The notes: generated by a model not told the origin, from the letters alone. Positions 26,005 through 36,195 are shown, numbered from the stretch's first letter. The stretch: DNA of 64,000 bases from a virus (IMGVR_UViG_3300025849_003344), one strand, 5' to 3'. Made by a program: numbers and translations.

Positions 26005-27011
26005 TATTCTGCCTCTGCTTCATATCTAATTACAGTAATACCGGACTGTCCGGGTGACCCGCAACAACAGTTACCGCCTGTGACGTTTGCGCCCATCATT
26101 GATGATCCTGCCCACCAGTAATCTCCGAACGCATTCATAGTACCATACGTACAACCTAATGAACAACGATGCATCCATCCACCCTGCCCTGGAGCGCATT
26201 TATAAATACCAGATCTTGCGATCAAACCTTGTCTAAATGCAGAACCTTTCCAGATTGGAGTATAATGCATACGCTGTTTATACGTGTTGTTGCCGGTGGT
26301 TCTATTAACACACGATCCAACTTCATAACCTGCCGGTCCTTGGTATCTACATAAGGTAGCGTCATATCCGGCTTCTTTGCAAGCGGCTGGAGGTGTTTCA
26401 GCATCAGTCGTAAAGCAAAGAGCAGTTACACCGATGGTTGTGCCTTGGCAGCAACACCATTTAAAGTTATTGGTTTGGATATTCAATGCACCATAATTAC
26501 AACAGGCGTTGTTGTAGTCACCATTACATACTGTTGTACCACCACATGCACCAACCGCACATAAATTTTGTTTAATAACAGGACTAGCTTTAGTACCTAT
26601 TAGATGGCATATTCTCCACCCTGCCACTCCGGCCGTCTGAGCGCTTTGCGGGATGCAACATGTATTTGCTGGCCTTTGACATAATTGAATATAATCACTA
26701 TCACCATCAGACCATTGTGGAGTATATTTAAAACTAGCACCATTATAACCCATCATACCTTGCATACAGCAACAAGAACCACCGCCTTGTCCACCATTAG
26801 AAATTGTCCAAAGGTGAGTCTTATCTTTTATATACTTTTTACCTGAATGAGTAGCACACTTGTCGATGAACGTAAACTGGTTCCCATACGCTGATTCGTT
26901 ATTTGCGGTTTCCTCATTCCCCCACGCTGATGAATATATATCTGTATAATATACTAATTCGGGGTTTGCGCGTCCTGCACCAGGTTGAAATGTACTTAAA
27001 TTTTTAGCCAT
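26004..27011 (-). CDS. Cys/Gly-rich paralog, type B (copy 2)
   Basis: Begins MAKNLSTFQPGAGR; ends GGNCCCGSPG...IRY; about 26 Cys. Confidence 0.85.
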   Translation of the reverse strand: MAKNLSTFQPGAGRANPELVYYTDIYSSAWGNEETANNESAYGNQFTFIDKCATHSGKKYIKDKTHLWTISNGGQGGGSCCCMQGMMGYNGASFKYTPQWSDGDSDYIQLCQRPANTCCIPQSAQTAGVAGWRICHLIGTKASPVIKQNLCAVGACGGTTVCNGDYNNACCNYGALNIQTNNFKWCCCQGTTIGVTALCFTTDAETPPAACKEAGYDATLCRYQGPAGYEVGSCVNRTTGNNTYKQRMHYTPIWKGSAFRQGLIARSGIYKCAPGQGGWMHRCSLGCTYGTMNAFGDYWWAGSSMMGANVTGGNCCCGSPGQSGITVIRYEAEAE

Positions 27012-27016
27012 TTATC

Positions 27017-27943
27017 TTATTCCTCGAATGTGTTGCAGCAAGAAAAAGATATTCTAGCTCGGCCTTGGGTATTTGCTGCAGAACAACATGCCGTTGTAAT
27101 GGCACAATCAGTAGGACTTGGAACTCCCCAACCAGCCATTTTACCATATCCGTTTGAGTTACCAGCAGCAGTTCCGCTACCTTCGGTCGCAGACCTCAAA
27201 TGTTTCACTACCCACTCAACTGGAATAGCTTTACAAGAACACCAGGAGTTTGCTATACCGTGAAGGACATGATGTCCACCACATTTATTAATCACTCCAC
27301 CTGGATATGGAACACCTTGTCTGTAGTTAGCCCATTCATTTGGTTCTAGAGCTGAATCCATCAGCTGTATCCATCCTGCACGTCCTCGTGCACCACAATC
27401 TCCTCCAAAATATCTTGCGCCTTCGCCAGCAGAATCTTGAAATACATATTTCAAAGCTGATCCTGTTGCTGTATCACAACACATAGCGACTGCCATACAT
27501 CCTTGTTCGGCACAGAAATTCGTAAGACCAGTACCAGTAACCCAAGAATTAAAATCTGCAACCGTGCATACAGTATGTTTAACAGTATCGCTTCCGCCGG
27601 ATGGTGGTCTTCTGCAATAATGCCATCCCAAATGGACTCGGTAGCACTCACCAGGAACAGTCGTTACCATCTTTGAAACATATGCACCTGAACCAGAAGG
27701 TCCGGGCATTGAGCAATTACATGCTCCAGCGCCATTTCCGCCTGCACCCCAAAGTTCAATCCTTGCACAGGTAATACCTTCTGGAACACACCAAAAGGGT
27801 TCATGTACAAAATTACAACAAGCGTTGTCACCGGGCGGCGTAATGTTTGGCATAAAATCCCAAACACACATAGGATTTAACCCAGTGACTTGAGGTCCAT
27901 TTGCACCGATGGATTTCACAAAATTTGTTAAGTTCTTTGCCAT
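27017..27943 (-). CDS. Cys/Gly-rich paralog, type C (copy 2)
   Basis: Begins MAKNLTNFVKS; WCVPEG...WGAGG and GLTNFCAE motifs; about 23 Cys. Confidence 0.85.
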   Translation of the reverse strand: MAKNLTNFVKSIGANGPQVTGLNPMCVWDFMPNITPPGDNACCNFVHEPFWCVPEGITCARIELWGAGGNGAGACNCSMPGPSGSGAYVSKMVTTVPGECYRVHLGWHYCRRPPSGGSDTVKHTVCTVADFNSWVTGTGLTNFCAEQGCMAVAMCCDTATGSALKYVFQDSAGEGARYFGGDCGARGRAGWIQLMDSALEPNEWANYRQGVPYPGGVINKCGGHHVLHGIANSWCSCKAIPVEWVVKHLRSATEGSGTAAGNSNGYGKMAGWGVPSPTDCAITTACCSAANTQGRARISFSCCNTFEE

Positions 27944-27951
27944 GTCAAATC

Positions 27952-29091
27952 CTATTTATAAGTAATTACTGTTAAGCCAGATCCGCCATAACCGCCGCAG
28001 CAACAAGTGCCACCACAAGTAAATGCCGTCAATCCACCCCAACCAATTGGACCACCACCGTTGTCATAATTATATTTACCACCGCCTATTGGTCCAAGAG
28101 CCATTTGACGATTGGCTGTGCCATGTGGCCCAAATGTATTCCAGTCGTTATCGACGCAGTTTTGATAATGGCTGCTGAAGGTTTGGCCATACTTAACAGA
28201 GGCATCACCTTCCCACCATTTGGCACCACTAATTGCTAGCCATTTTCTATCACCGGCTTGGTTACAGGTCGATGCTTCCCAACAGCCACAGCAACCCGAT
28301 TGATAACATGCATATATGCCCTTAGCTCCGTCATCGCCGCCATAATATCTAGCTCTTCTAAAGAAACCAGCATCACTATCAGTTTCTTGACCTCTAAGAT
28401 CACACATACGAAATGTTTGATTACAACAATTTGGTACACCAAAGCCAGAGTTAAATCCACCGGTTCTTGCAATGCATCGTGTATTAACATTATACAACAT
28501 TTTATAAATGCTTAATCCACCATTACCGCCTTCTGCACAGAAATTTGTAAGACCAGGACCAACAATAGAAACATCAGGACCTCGACAACCACAAAGGCTA
28601 TCAAAGAATTCAGCGCTGGTTGGATCCCAAGTTCCGGTAGTTCCTGGTGCAGTACCAAGACCTGTGCCACCGCCGTCCGCAGCATATTGTGGAGATTGTT
28701 TTGAAGCCGCAGCGCTTGTGCAGTTTCTTGAACCGGCAGTGCCATTAGCAGTTAAACAAATGACATATCTACTTGAGCCCGCAGTAAATCCACTTTTTAA
28801 TGTTTTGGTTACCCACGCACCAGATCCACCGTCAAGGCCTTGTGTACAGCAATAACCTGGAGCACCAGATCCACCACCACCCCATGCATGGAAATTAATT
28901 TCAGTTGTACCTGCCGGAACTTTCCATATAGCTTTTTGACCACCGCCATCTGCGGTACTACCGTGCATTGATGCGTGTGTAGTATTTGGAACGTGCACAT
29001 TATTTGAAAACCACCAAACGTTATCTGATCTACCGTCTTCGGAATAATTACCAGGGGCAATAGGTATAAGGTCTTGTAAATTTTTAGCCAT
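27952..29091 (-). CDS. Cys/Gly-rich paralog, type A (copy 1)
   Basis: WKVPAG...WGGGGSG...CCTQGLDGGSGA, GLTNFCAEGG and TCGGTCCC motifs; about 21 Cys. Confidence 0.85.
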   Translation of the reverse strand: MAKNLQDLIPIAPGNYSEDGRSDNVWWFSNNVHVPNTTHASMHGSTADGGGQKAIWKVPAGTTEINFHAWGGGGSGAPGYCCTQGLDGGSGAWVTKTLKSGFTAGSSRYVICLTANGTAGSRNCTSAAASKQSPQYAADGGGTGLGTAPGTTGTWDPTSAEFFDSLCGCRGPDVSIVGPGLTNFCAEGGNGGLSIYKMLYNVNTRCIARTGGFNSGFGVPNCCNQTFRMCDLRGQETDSDAGFFRRARYYGGDDGAKGIYACYQSGCCGCWEASTCNQAGDRKWLAISGAKWWEGDASVKYGQTFSSHYQNCVDNDWNTFGPHGTANRQMALGPIGGGKYNYDNGGGPIGWGGLTAFTCGGTCCCGGYGGSGLTVITYK

Positions 29092-29115
29092 TATATTTTT
29101 CCATATCTCTTTACC

Positions 29116-30102
29116 TTATTTATACCTAATCGTAACAATAGCTGGCCCGCCCTGTGAACCGCAATAGCAGTTACCACCAGAAGCCCGACCTTGAATACCT
29201 GCATGACCACCAGCGCATATTCCACCAGACCTACCATAGCCATTGCTGCTTCTATTAAAGAGAGTCAGCATGGCGCAACTTGCGCCAGCGCCCGTAAGGT
29301 TATCAGTAAAATTGTCTGCAGCTGCTATATAATGGCTTTGTTTAGTCGCAAATTGTTGAATAGGCATTGCCTTAGTAATAGCACATGCCGAAGCAATTGC
29401 GCCCGCGTTGGTACATGGAGTAATTGAAAATCCAGGGCGTGAATGGAAATGGTTTATGTCAGAATCAAGACCGCCATCGGTTAGTGCAGTATGAGAAGTA
29501 CCAGCAAACTTCATACAGTTATAACATGTGTATCTACTAGTATTATCAATGTTCGTTTTACTAGTCCACTCTTTTGCTGTAGTATTAGGTGATGCATCGT
29601 CAAATCGCGTTTCGCCATTTGCGGTACAACATGTACTCCAATTACAGGTTGCGCAGGCACAAGATGGACCGGCCAGATAAAGATAATTACATCCGGTATC
29701 ACCATTCACAGTTTTGTTGAAGATACATAAACCACACTCTAGCGATCCACCACCTACCGCTGTACAACAAGTACCGGCCGGCATACAGAATTGCCAAACA
29801 TCTCCGGGTGTCATAGTCGGTTCTAAGATTGCTGACGCACCACTATTTCCTGGTGAACCACTCATGCAGCAACATGTGCCACCTGTATTACCACCGACAC
29901 CTCTTATATAAAATACTGCTTTAGTCACACCTTCTGGCACACACCATTGGGACTGTGTCCCACCATAATTTGGTATCCTGGGACCAGGGCCGTATTGGTG
30001 ACACCCGTTTCCGGTTACAAATGTTATTTGACACCAAGCATTTACACCTTCAGGTGAAGGTCTACCTGATCCGGGCTGAAATGTACTTAAATTTTTAGCC
30101 AT
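29116..30102 (-). CDS. Cys/Gly-rich paralog, type B (copy 1)
   Basis: Begins MAKNLSTFQPGSGR; ends GGNCYCGSQG...IRY; about 25 Cys. Confidence 0.85.
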   Translation of the reverse strand: MAKNLSTFQPGSGRPSPEGVNAWCQITFVTGNGCHQYGPGPRIPNYGGTQSQWCVPEGVTKAVFYIRGVGGNTGGTCCCMSGSPGNSGASAILEPTMTPGDVWQFCMPAGTCCTAVGGGSLECGLCIFNKTVNGDTGCNYLYLAGPSCACATCNWSTCCTANGETRFDDASPNTTAKEWTSKTNIDNTSRYTCYNCMKFAGTSHTALTDGGLDSDINHFHSRPGFSITPCTNAGAIASACAITKAMPIQQFATKQSHYIAAADNFTDNLTGAGASCAMLTLFNRSSNGYGRSGGICAGGHAGIQGRASGGNCYCGSQGGPAIVTIRYK

Positions 30103-30114
30103 TCTAGATTTTCC

Positions 30115-31029
30115 TCAACTGAATAGTATTCTTACTTTACCGCCGTTAGCGTTGTTACCACATCGGCATTCGTTACCACATATAGATAATCCCATCGCAC
30201 CCATACCAGCAGCATCCCAGTGTTGCCAACTGTTCTGATTCAGATGCGATGCATAACAATATCCCAAATCTAGATTAGTTCCCAGCCCTCGCTCTGAAGT
30301 GTCACAGCTAAAGTTATTGCTACAAGCTGGAACTAGGACGTGTCCTCCACATCTTCCCCAGCTACTACAGTTGGGAAGAGCTACATGAAACCTCATATTA
30401 CATTGGGAAGTGCCAATACCAAGACTATTTGCAGTCATATAAGATTTTCTGCCTCGTAGTCCCATATCAGCACCATAATAACAAGCACGATTTGGACCAA
30501 GTTCAGAATCACCTTGCGCATAATATGGTGTTTCACTATCAAGGAGATTTGTGGCATAGTTAGTTGTGGAGCAACATATCCAAGGAGAATTGTAGCCAGG
30601 TTCTGCACAAAAGTTTGTTAGCCCAGCACCTTGAACCGATGTTGTACCTGTTGTAGTACTCTGATTAGTGATTCCCCAAGTAGAAGGATTGCCTGCGGAT
30701 GTGTGTGGGACCCGACAGAATCTATGTCCAGTTTGTATTCTATAACATGTACCAGGAGTAACGCTTACTGTTTTTTCGGCATATGCACCAGATCCACCGG
30801 CTGGGGTAAATCCACAAGATGTTCCGCCTTCACTAAATCCACCAGCACCCCAAATTTGAAATTTTGCGGTACTAATACCTACAGGAACACACCACATAGT
30901 AATATGTGCAAAATTTTCACATGCGGTTGCGCAGACACCACCTCCTACAATATCAAAGATGTGATCGTCGTATTTTAAGCCACTGCCACCACCTAATGAT
31001 TTTACATAGTTTGTTAACTTTTTAGCCAT
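30115..31029 (-). CDS. Cys/Gly-rich paralog, type C (copy 1)
   Basis: Begins MAKKLTNYVKS; WCVPVG...WGAGG and GLTNFCAE motifs; about 19 Cys. Confidence 0.85.
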   Translation of the reverse strand: MAKKLTNYVKSLGGGSGLKYDDHIFDIVGGGVCATACENFAHITMWCVPVGISTAKFQIWGAGGFSEGGTSCGFTPAGGSGAYAEKTVSVTPGTCYRIQTGHRFCRVPHTSAGNPSTWGITNQSTTTGTTSVQGAGLTNFCAEPGYNSPWICCSTTNYATNLLDSETPYYAQGDSELGPNRACYYGADMGLRGRKSYMTANSLGIGTSQCNMRFHVALPNCSSWGRCGGHVLVPACSNNFSCDTSERGLGTNLDLGYCYASHLNQNSWQHWDAAGMGAMGLSICGNECRCGNNANGGKVRILFS

Positions 31030-31053
31030 GCTGATGTTCCTATTATTACCAAA

Positions 31054-31479
31054 TTAACCTTGAACCAGGAACTGCCAACCATAAGTGTCGCCAGACCAAA
31101 CAATTGATACAGCAATACCTTGCGTATTAACAAGAATATCACTATCTTGTCCAAGAATTTTATTTCCAGTAGCAGGCGAAATAGTAAAGTTATTAGTGTG
31201 AAATTGTTGTGCAAGATCTACAAAAGAGATTCTGCCATCACCCGCAACATTACCACCCATTGGAGGGAGCGTTGCGGTTACTGCTGCTGCAGTTGTATTT
31301 ACAAAGTGACCACCATAACTATCAGCAGTAAAATCAACAGCATCAGTCGACCATACGGTTGACTGTTCAATGCCATTTGCTGCCTTCGTGAGGTATGCTA
31401 GTTGCTCTGGTGTTGCGGACGCAATCGAAGTATTGATTTTGTCCAGGAGTGCATTACGTACAGTATCAATGCTTGCCAT
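31054..31479 (-). CDS. Small tail-fibre-associated structural protein
   Basis: VNTTAAAVTATLP...ISFVD...TNNFTI...VSIVWSG..YGW, a pattern common in phage fibre proteins. Confidence 0.65.
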   Translation of the reverse strand: MASIDTVRNALLDKINTSIASATPEQLAYLTKAANGIEQSTVWSTDAVDFTADSYGGHFVNTTAAAVTATLPPMGGNVAGDGRISFVDLAQQFHTNNFTISPATGNKILGQDSDILVNTQGIAVSIVWSGDTYGWQFLVQG

Positions 31480-31507
31480 TTTTTAATATCCTTTTCCGTG
31501 GTTATCT

Positions 31508-34500
31508 TTATTTAAGATTTATACCATCATTTTTCGTTAAGTCTTTAATGTCAAATCCTAGGAATAACTCAGTTGCTAATCCCCCGGCTTTAGCGTTTTT
31601 AGGTAGCGACTGTGAAGATGCTCCTTCAATTGCTAAATCGACATATGTTTTTACGGCCTGTTCGGTTGGAACAGCCAAGTTTGAATTACCTGACAAAGTA
31701 CCATCTGCCGAGAATTCATTAATTGCCTCACCAAGTTGAGCACCAATCGAACCAAGTCTCAGAGATGTCAGACCAGAAAGGTCAAACGCTGAAGCGTCCA
31801 ATGTCGCTCGACCTGTCGCCTGATCGATCCTGAAGTAGTTACCTACTCTAAAGTTACCAGATTGGTCGGTTGACACATAGAATACTCGGCCAGTTTCTCT
31901 TTCAATAACCTCATTGCCCTGTTTAACAGGAAGTGACGGATCTCCTGGATAGTTAGTTTCAGTCTTATTACCAAAACCAATATTCAAGAAGTCATGACCT
32001 GTTAGTCTTGCTTGTGAGTATTTATAACGAATTTTTACTTGCTGTCCGTTAGGTGCTGGACGTTGACTTGTTTTCTGCTGAGCAAAGACTAAAACCGCAT
32101 TACCAGTAGCCGAATCATAATCACCAACTGATTGAATAACATATGAACCAATAGAGTCATAACCAGAATCGCCAAGGTTACCAATAAATTCAACCGAACC
32201 ACCAGTTTTTGGTTTTGATCCTGTAAGACCGGTGAATGACATTGTAGCACCATACTGATTGTGCGCAGCATTATCATTAGTCAAGATAGCATATACACCA
32301 GCAACATTACCAGAGTCGATGATTGAATCTCCGTCGTCAAAGCCTGTTCCAATAATACCTGTAATAGTTAGCTTATTTGCACCAGGCTGATGGTCAATAA
32401 TAGTAGCTTTAGTGCCTAGAAATGTACCTGTTCCAGAGATTAATTCATCACCAGAGTCTGTCTTTCTAAGCTGTCCGCCAGAACTATATACTGAGTATGA
32501 AGTAGCGTCTACATCACTAGGATCGGCAACTGTAATTGTACCATATGTTGAAGCAGTATTACCATTTGCATAGTACAATGTGCTTGGAGCAGAACTATCG
32601 ATTGTAATAGCTAGTCTGCCACCGCCAATGGCTCTTGATCCTGTAACACCTGTTGTATATTCACCGGTGTATTGAAGAGCTCCCCAACTAGAGGCTGGAT
32701 CAGCAGTTGTTAGATAGAAGCCAGGAGTGTTTGTTGAGTCTACATCAAAGTAATAACGTGATCCTTTATAAAGTGTCAGTCCAGGTTCTACTGCCGCAGA
32801 GTGTGCAACTCCACCGGCTGTACCAGTAATTACATAGTTAGTGGCCGATGTTGAAACACCAATATAGTTATTCTCAGCTTCTTTAAGTTTAATAATAGAA
32901 GAAGTATTGTCCATTACAAGGAAGTAACGATCATTAGCTTGTGTCATACCGCCAACACCTTGGATACGAATCAAGTCGTATGAATCCAAAGAGTGTGAAG
33001 CAACCGTAACTGCCATTGGGTTTGAACGTGTAATGTCTGAGATAGATGTGTTAGTTACTACTCGTCCACCCCATGCTTCACCTGATACCGATGAACTGAG
33101 TCCTGCATTAGAATAAAGGTTGAAGGAATATGAGTCTTGTACGTCTGCATAATATTCACTAGCATTTGGCTGTGAGCCAGAATTCCAAGTAATAGGCAGC
33201 AAGTTCGAGAAGTTAACTCTATGTCCGTCTGTAACACCGTGTGGTAAGGTTGTTGTAACTCTAGCCGGATCGGTCTTAGAGATTGTATTTAGGGCTTTGG
33301 CTCTATCCTGGGCTCTAACGATTCCACCTTTTGTAAACTCACCGTTTTTAATACTTGTTTCAACATAATCAAGATTGTAACCACGAACAGATCCGTTAAG
33401 CGTAACTTCGCTTGAATCATTACCTGTCGAAATTGTACCATATTCGCCGTAAGAGTTATTACCATTAAGTGATCTAATTTGACCGCCGCCAGAAGACGCA
33501 TAACCGATATCACAGTAATAAGTAAAGCAAGATACAATCTCAGCTTTACCGTTACGTCTTACCCAAAAACCAACACCACCAGAGTGAATCTGAGTAAACG
33601 TGTGGAATACCATCGAACCAGCATTGTTTACATCATTATTCAAACCACCATCAATAAGACAGCCAATACCACCAACAGAGAATGCTGAACATTCTTTAAT
33701 GTACGGAGATTTAGTAATAACTGCTGTTGGGTCTAGTCTAAAGAATACACCGCCAATTGTTGCTTGTTCAATGTCTTCTGGGGTATTGCTATCAAGAGCA
33801 AAACCAGTAAGACCAGTAAATTTAATCTCTTTAATAAGAACGCCACTATTCACAAAGAACATGGTTTTATTTGAATCACCCGCAATTGGTGAGATTGTAG
33901 TATTACGCTGGCCATCACCAAATACTGTTGTATCTGCCGGGATTGTCATTGGCAATGCTTCTCTATACTCACCATCTTTAATAAAGACTTGAGCCGAAGA
34001 GTCAGCAGTTTTTTCTATAGCAATACGTTGCATACAATATGCAACTGAAGCGAATGGGCGTTGAAGTGATCTACCTGCATAGGAGTCATCAACTGCGCCA
34101 TCAATACCAACGTAGTATGTATTTGGAGAGTTATCTGTATAACCTAATTCGAAGCCAGATGCATCAGTTTTAACAACCAATGATTTACCAACATCAACAC
34201 CACTAATTGTTGGTAGTACGCCTGCCGCGCCCGAAGCGAATATTGACCATTTACCGTCTGATTCATCATTTGCAAAGTTACTAGTTGATGTATAATCTTG
34301 TGTTGCAATGTATGTTGATGTGCCAGATTGAATAAGGTCATCTTTAAGATATAATGTCGAGTTGGTCCAAGTACCTCTATTACGAACACCTTGAGCAAAC
34401 TCTGCCAATCTATTAGCAGCAAGATCGGCCGAAAATGTTCCGGAAGTATGAGTAAGTTCTACTGTATAAGTTGAACCACCGTGCTGAACGAGATCACCCG

Positions 34501-35479
34501 GATAATAAGCAGTCGCTGTTGTCCAAGTTCCTTGATTGGTAATACCAGAAGATACGTGTGACCATGTGGCCGCGTTAGATGAAGGTGAAATGTTTGTGCT
34601 TGAAATAATAGCTTGGTAAAGATTACCACCGTTTGTTACTAGCTCACCAGGAAAATACTTACGAGTTGTATTCCATGTACCAACATAAGAGAAACCACTT
34701 AGGAATGGATCCCAAGAAATTGTATTAAGTGGGTGCGTTCCAGTAACATCGCCTTTAGCTTTAAATAGGTTTGCACCAAAAAGTACAACGTCATCTTTAA
34801 CATAAGCATTAGCAGAATCAAATGAATCTCTTAGATTTAGACCTGCAAGGAATGTGTTCCAATTAGGAGCACCGGCAGAAGGCTTAGTTCCGGCAGAAGT
34901 GTCTTGTAACGCATTGTATGTTGTTCCGCCATAAGTGACGATATCACCTTTCTTATAGGCAGTTGCATCGCTATAAGTTCCGAGGACCGATAAACCATCA
35001 GCAAATACTGACCATTGTGCACCAGAAGAAGAAGGTATATTGCCCGTTGTATCTTGAAGGGCGACATAAGATTTGCCACCGTAAGTTACAATGTCCGCTT
35101 TTTGATAAGCCGTACCGACTGCCCATACGCCTTCAAATTGAAGACCATCAACGAATGTTGAATAGTAAGAAGCATTTGGTGGTGTTTCGCCTACAACAGT
35201 ATTTGCTGTAACGATATAAACAATACCACCATGTGAGAATGCATCACCAATGTTATATGTTGTTCCTGTGTTGAAGACGCCTTCAAAGTTGAAGCCCTCC
35301 ATCATCAGATCCCAATAGGTTGTATTGGTAGGAACGTTTCCTGCTGTGGCTAATCCGTATGTATATACATATACGTTGCCACCATATTTGATTACATCGT
35401 TTACTTCGTACGTTGTCGCACCAGAGTAAACACCTTTGTATTCAAATCTAATTTTACCTAAGTCGATAATTGTTGCCAT
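31508..35479 (-). CDS. Large modular fibre/adhesin protein (1323 aa)
   Basis: About 9 N-terminal W..GT.Y..GD.V.YGG..Y repeats (CBM5/12-like), a pectin-lyase-like central region (GDGQRNTTI...SPYIKECS) and further beta-sandwich-like modules. Confidence 0.75.
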   Translation of the reverse strand: MATIIDLGKIRFEYKGVYSGATTYEVNDVIKYGGNVYVYTYGLATAGNVPTNTTYWDLMMEGFNFEGVFNTGTTYNIGDAFSHGGIVYIVTANTVVGETPPNASYYSTFVDGLQFEGVWAVGTAYQKADIVTYGGKSYVALQDTTGNIPSSSGAQWSVFADGLSVLGTYSDATAYKKGDIVTYGGTTYNALQDTSAGTKPSAGAPNWNTFLAGLNLRDSFDSANAYVKDDVVLFGANLFKAKGDVTGTHPLNTISWDPFLSGFSYVGTWNTTRKYFPGELVTNGGNLYQAIISSTNISPSSNAATWSHVSSGITNQGTWTTATAYYPGDLVQHGGSTYTVELTHTSGTFSADLAANRLAEFAQGVRNRGTWTNSTLYLKDDLIQSGTSTYIATQDYTSTSNFANDESDGKWSIFASGAAGVLPTISGVDVGKSLVVKTDASGFELGYTDNSPNTYYVGIDGAVDDSYAGRSLQRPFASVAYCMQRIAIEKTADSSAQVFIKDGEYREALPMTIPADTTVFGDGQRNTTISPIAGDSNKTMFFVNSGVLIKEIKFTGLTGFALDSNTPEDIEQATIGGVFFRLDPTAVITKSPYIKECSAFSVGGIGCLIDGGLNNDVNNAGSMVFHTFTQIHSGGVGFWVRRNGKAEIVSCFTYYCDIGYASSGGGQIRSLNGNNSYGEYGTISTGNDSSEVTLNGSVRGYNLDYVETSIKNGEFTKGGIVRAQDRAKALNTISKTDPARVTTTLPHGVTDGHRVNFSNLLPITWNSGSQPNASEYYADVQDSYSFNLYSNAGLSSSVSGEAWGGRVVTNTSISDITRSNPMAVTVASHSLDSYDLIRIQGVGGMTQANDRYFLVMDNTSSIIKLKEAENNYIGVSTSATNYVITGTAGGVAHSAAVEPGLTLYKGSRYYFDVDSTNTPGFYLTTADPASSWGALQYTGEYTTGVTGSRAIGGGRLAITIDSSAPSTLYYANGNTASTYGTITVADPSDVDATSYSVYSSGGQLRKTDSGDELISGTGTFLGTKATIIDHQPGANKLTITGIIGTGFDDGDSIIDSGNVAGVYAILTNDNAAHNQYGATMSFTGLTGSKPKTGGSVEFIGNLGDSGYDSIGSYVIQSVGDYDSATGNAVLVFAQQKTSQRPAPNGQQVKIRYKYSQARLTGHDFLNIGFGNKTETNYPGDPSLPVKQGNEVIERETGRVFYVSTDQSGNFRVGNYFRIDQATGRATLDASAFDLSGLTSLRLGSIGAQLGEAINEFSADGTLSGNSNLAVPTEQAVKTYVDLAIEGASSQSLPKNAKAGGLATELFLGFDIKDLTKNDGINLK

Positions 35480-35500
35480 AGGACTAGTATCTCCGGTTCA

Positions 35501-35809
35501 TTAATACGCAACCATTTCTAAATGGCCTGTCGTGTTATTAAATCTAAATGTAATTGCGTCCATGGACCAAAAGTATGATCTGTAGTCATCTGGATGGGCA
35601 AAAGTTACGTTAAGTGAATCAGCCGCTGAATCAACATATGCGGCCTGTGTTGTGTATGGTAGTTTAATAGTATCGCTGTCATCTGATCGAATAATCTCAA
35701 CATTTAAATGACCAACGCTATCTAATTTAAATCCATAAAATGTCTTGTCGTGGAACTGTGTACCATTGTATATACCACCACTATTATCTCTGCTATATTC
35801 ACCGCTCAT
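35501..35809 (-). CDS. Hypothetical structural protein (102 aa)
   Basis: In the late operon between fibre genes. Confidence 0.65.
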   Translation of the reverse strand: MSGEYSRDNSGGIYNGTQFHDKTFYGFKLDSVGHLNVEIIRSDDSDTIKLPYTTQAAYVDSAADSLNVTFAHPDDYRSYFWSMDAITFRFNNTTGHLEMVAY

Positions 35810-36138
35810 GTTAATATTTCCTCGGTTACGGTAATCATCGCGCTGAATGCATTATCCAACGGAGCAGAGACTTTAATAAGGTCTCCAACCTTAAGTGAAA
35901 TTTTAGTATCCATCAAAAGGTCTATAGTATCATTTGGTAGTACTCGTCTGTTATAAGCGAGGTAGTATGTGTTACCACCCCTAACCAATTTCACAGTAAT
36001 TGGCAAGGCTGAGCCAAATATATTAGTTGCAATGAAGCCTACAACTAAATGTATTCCAGATAAACCAGATGGCGCAGTGTACAAAGTTGCCTCTGTGCTT
36101 CCAACTGTCGCAAAACCATTTTCGAATGTTGCTGCCAT
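35806..36138 (-). CDS. Hypothetical structural protein (110 aa)
   Basis: First gene after the late promoter at 36175-36182; beta-rich sequence. Confidence 0.7.
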   Translation of the reverse strand: MAATFENGFATVGSTEATLYTAPSGLSGIHLVVGFIATNIFGSALPITVKLVRGGNTYYLAYNRRVLPNDTIDLLMDTKISLKVGDLIKVSAPLDNAFSAMITVTEEILT

Positions 36139-36174
36139 GTTCTACCTGATCTACTTCTTGTTCTTATTTATGTT

Positions 36175-36182
36175 TATTTATA
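36175..36182 (-). promoter_or_regulatory. Late promoter TATAAATA
   Basis: Exact motif in an intergenic region. Confidence 0.8.
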
Positions 36183-36195
36183 TCTTTAAAACGCA

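Noticed and set aside
27953-27960. TATAAATA as a late promoter
   Set aside because: It is formed by the Tyr-Lys-stop codons and lies only 9 nt from the next ATG, leaving little room for a ribosome-binding site. The similar match at 29117-29124 is also codon-derived and is left uncalled.
24946-31029. Diversity-generating retroelement or invertible cassette as the cause of the paralog array
   Set aside because: No reverse transcriptase, recombinase, template/variable repeat pair or inverted repeats are seen. The paralogs differ throughout their length.
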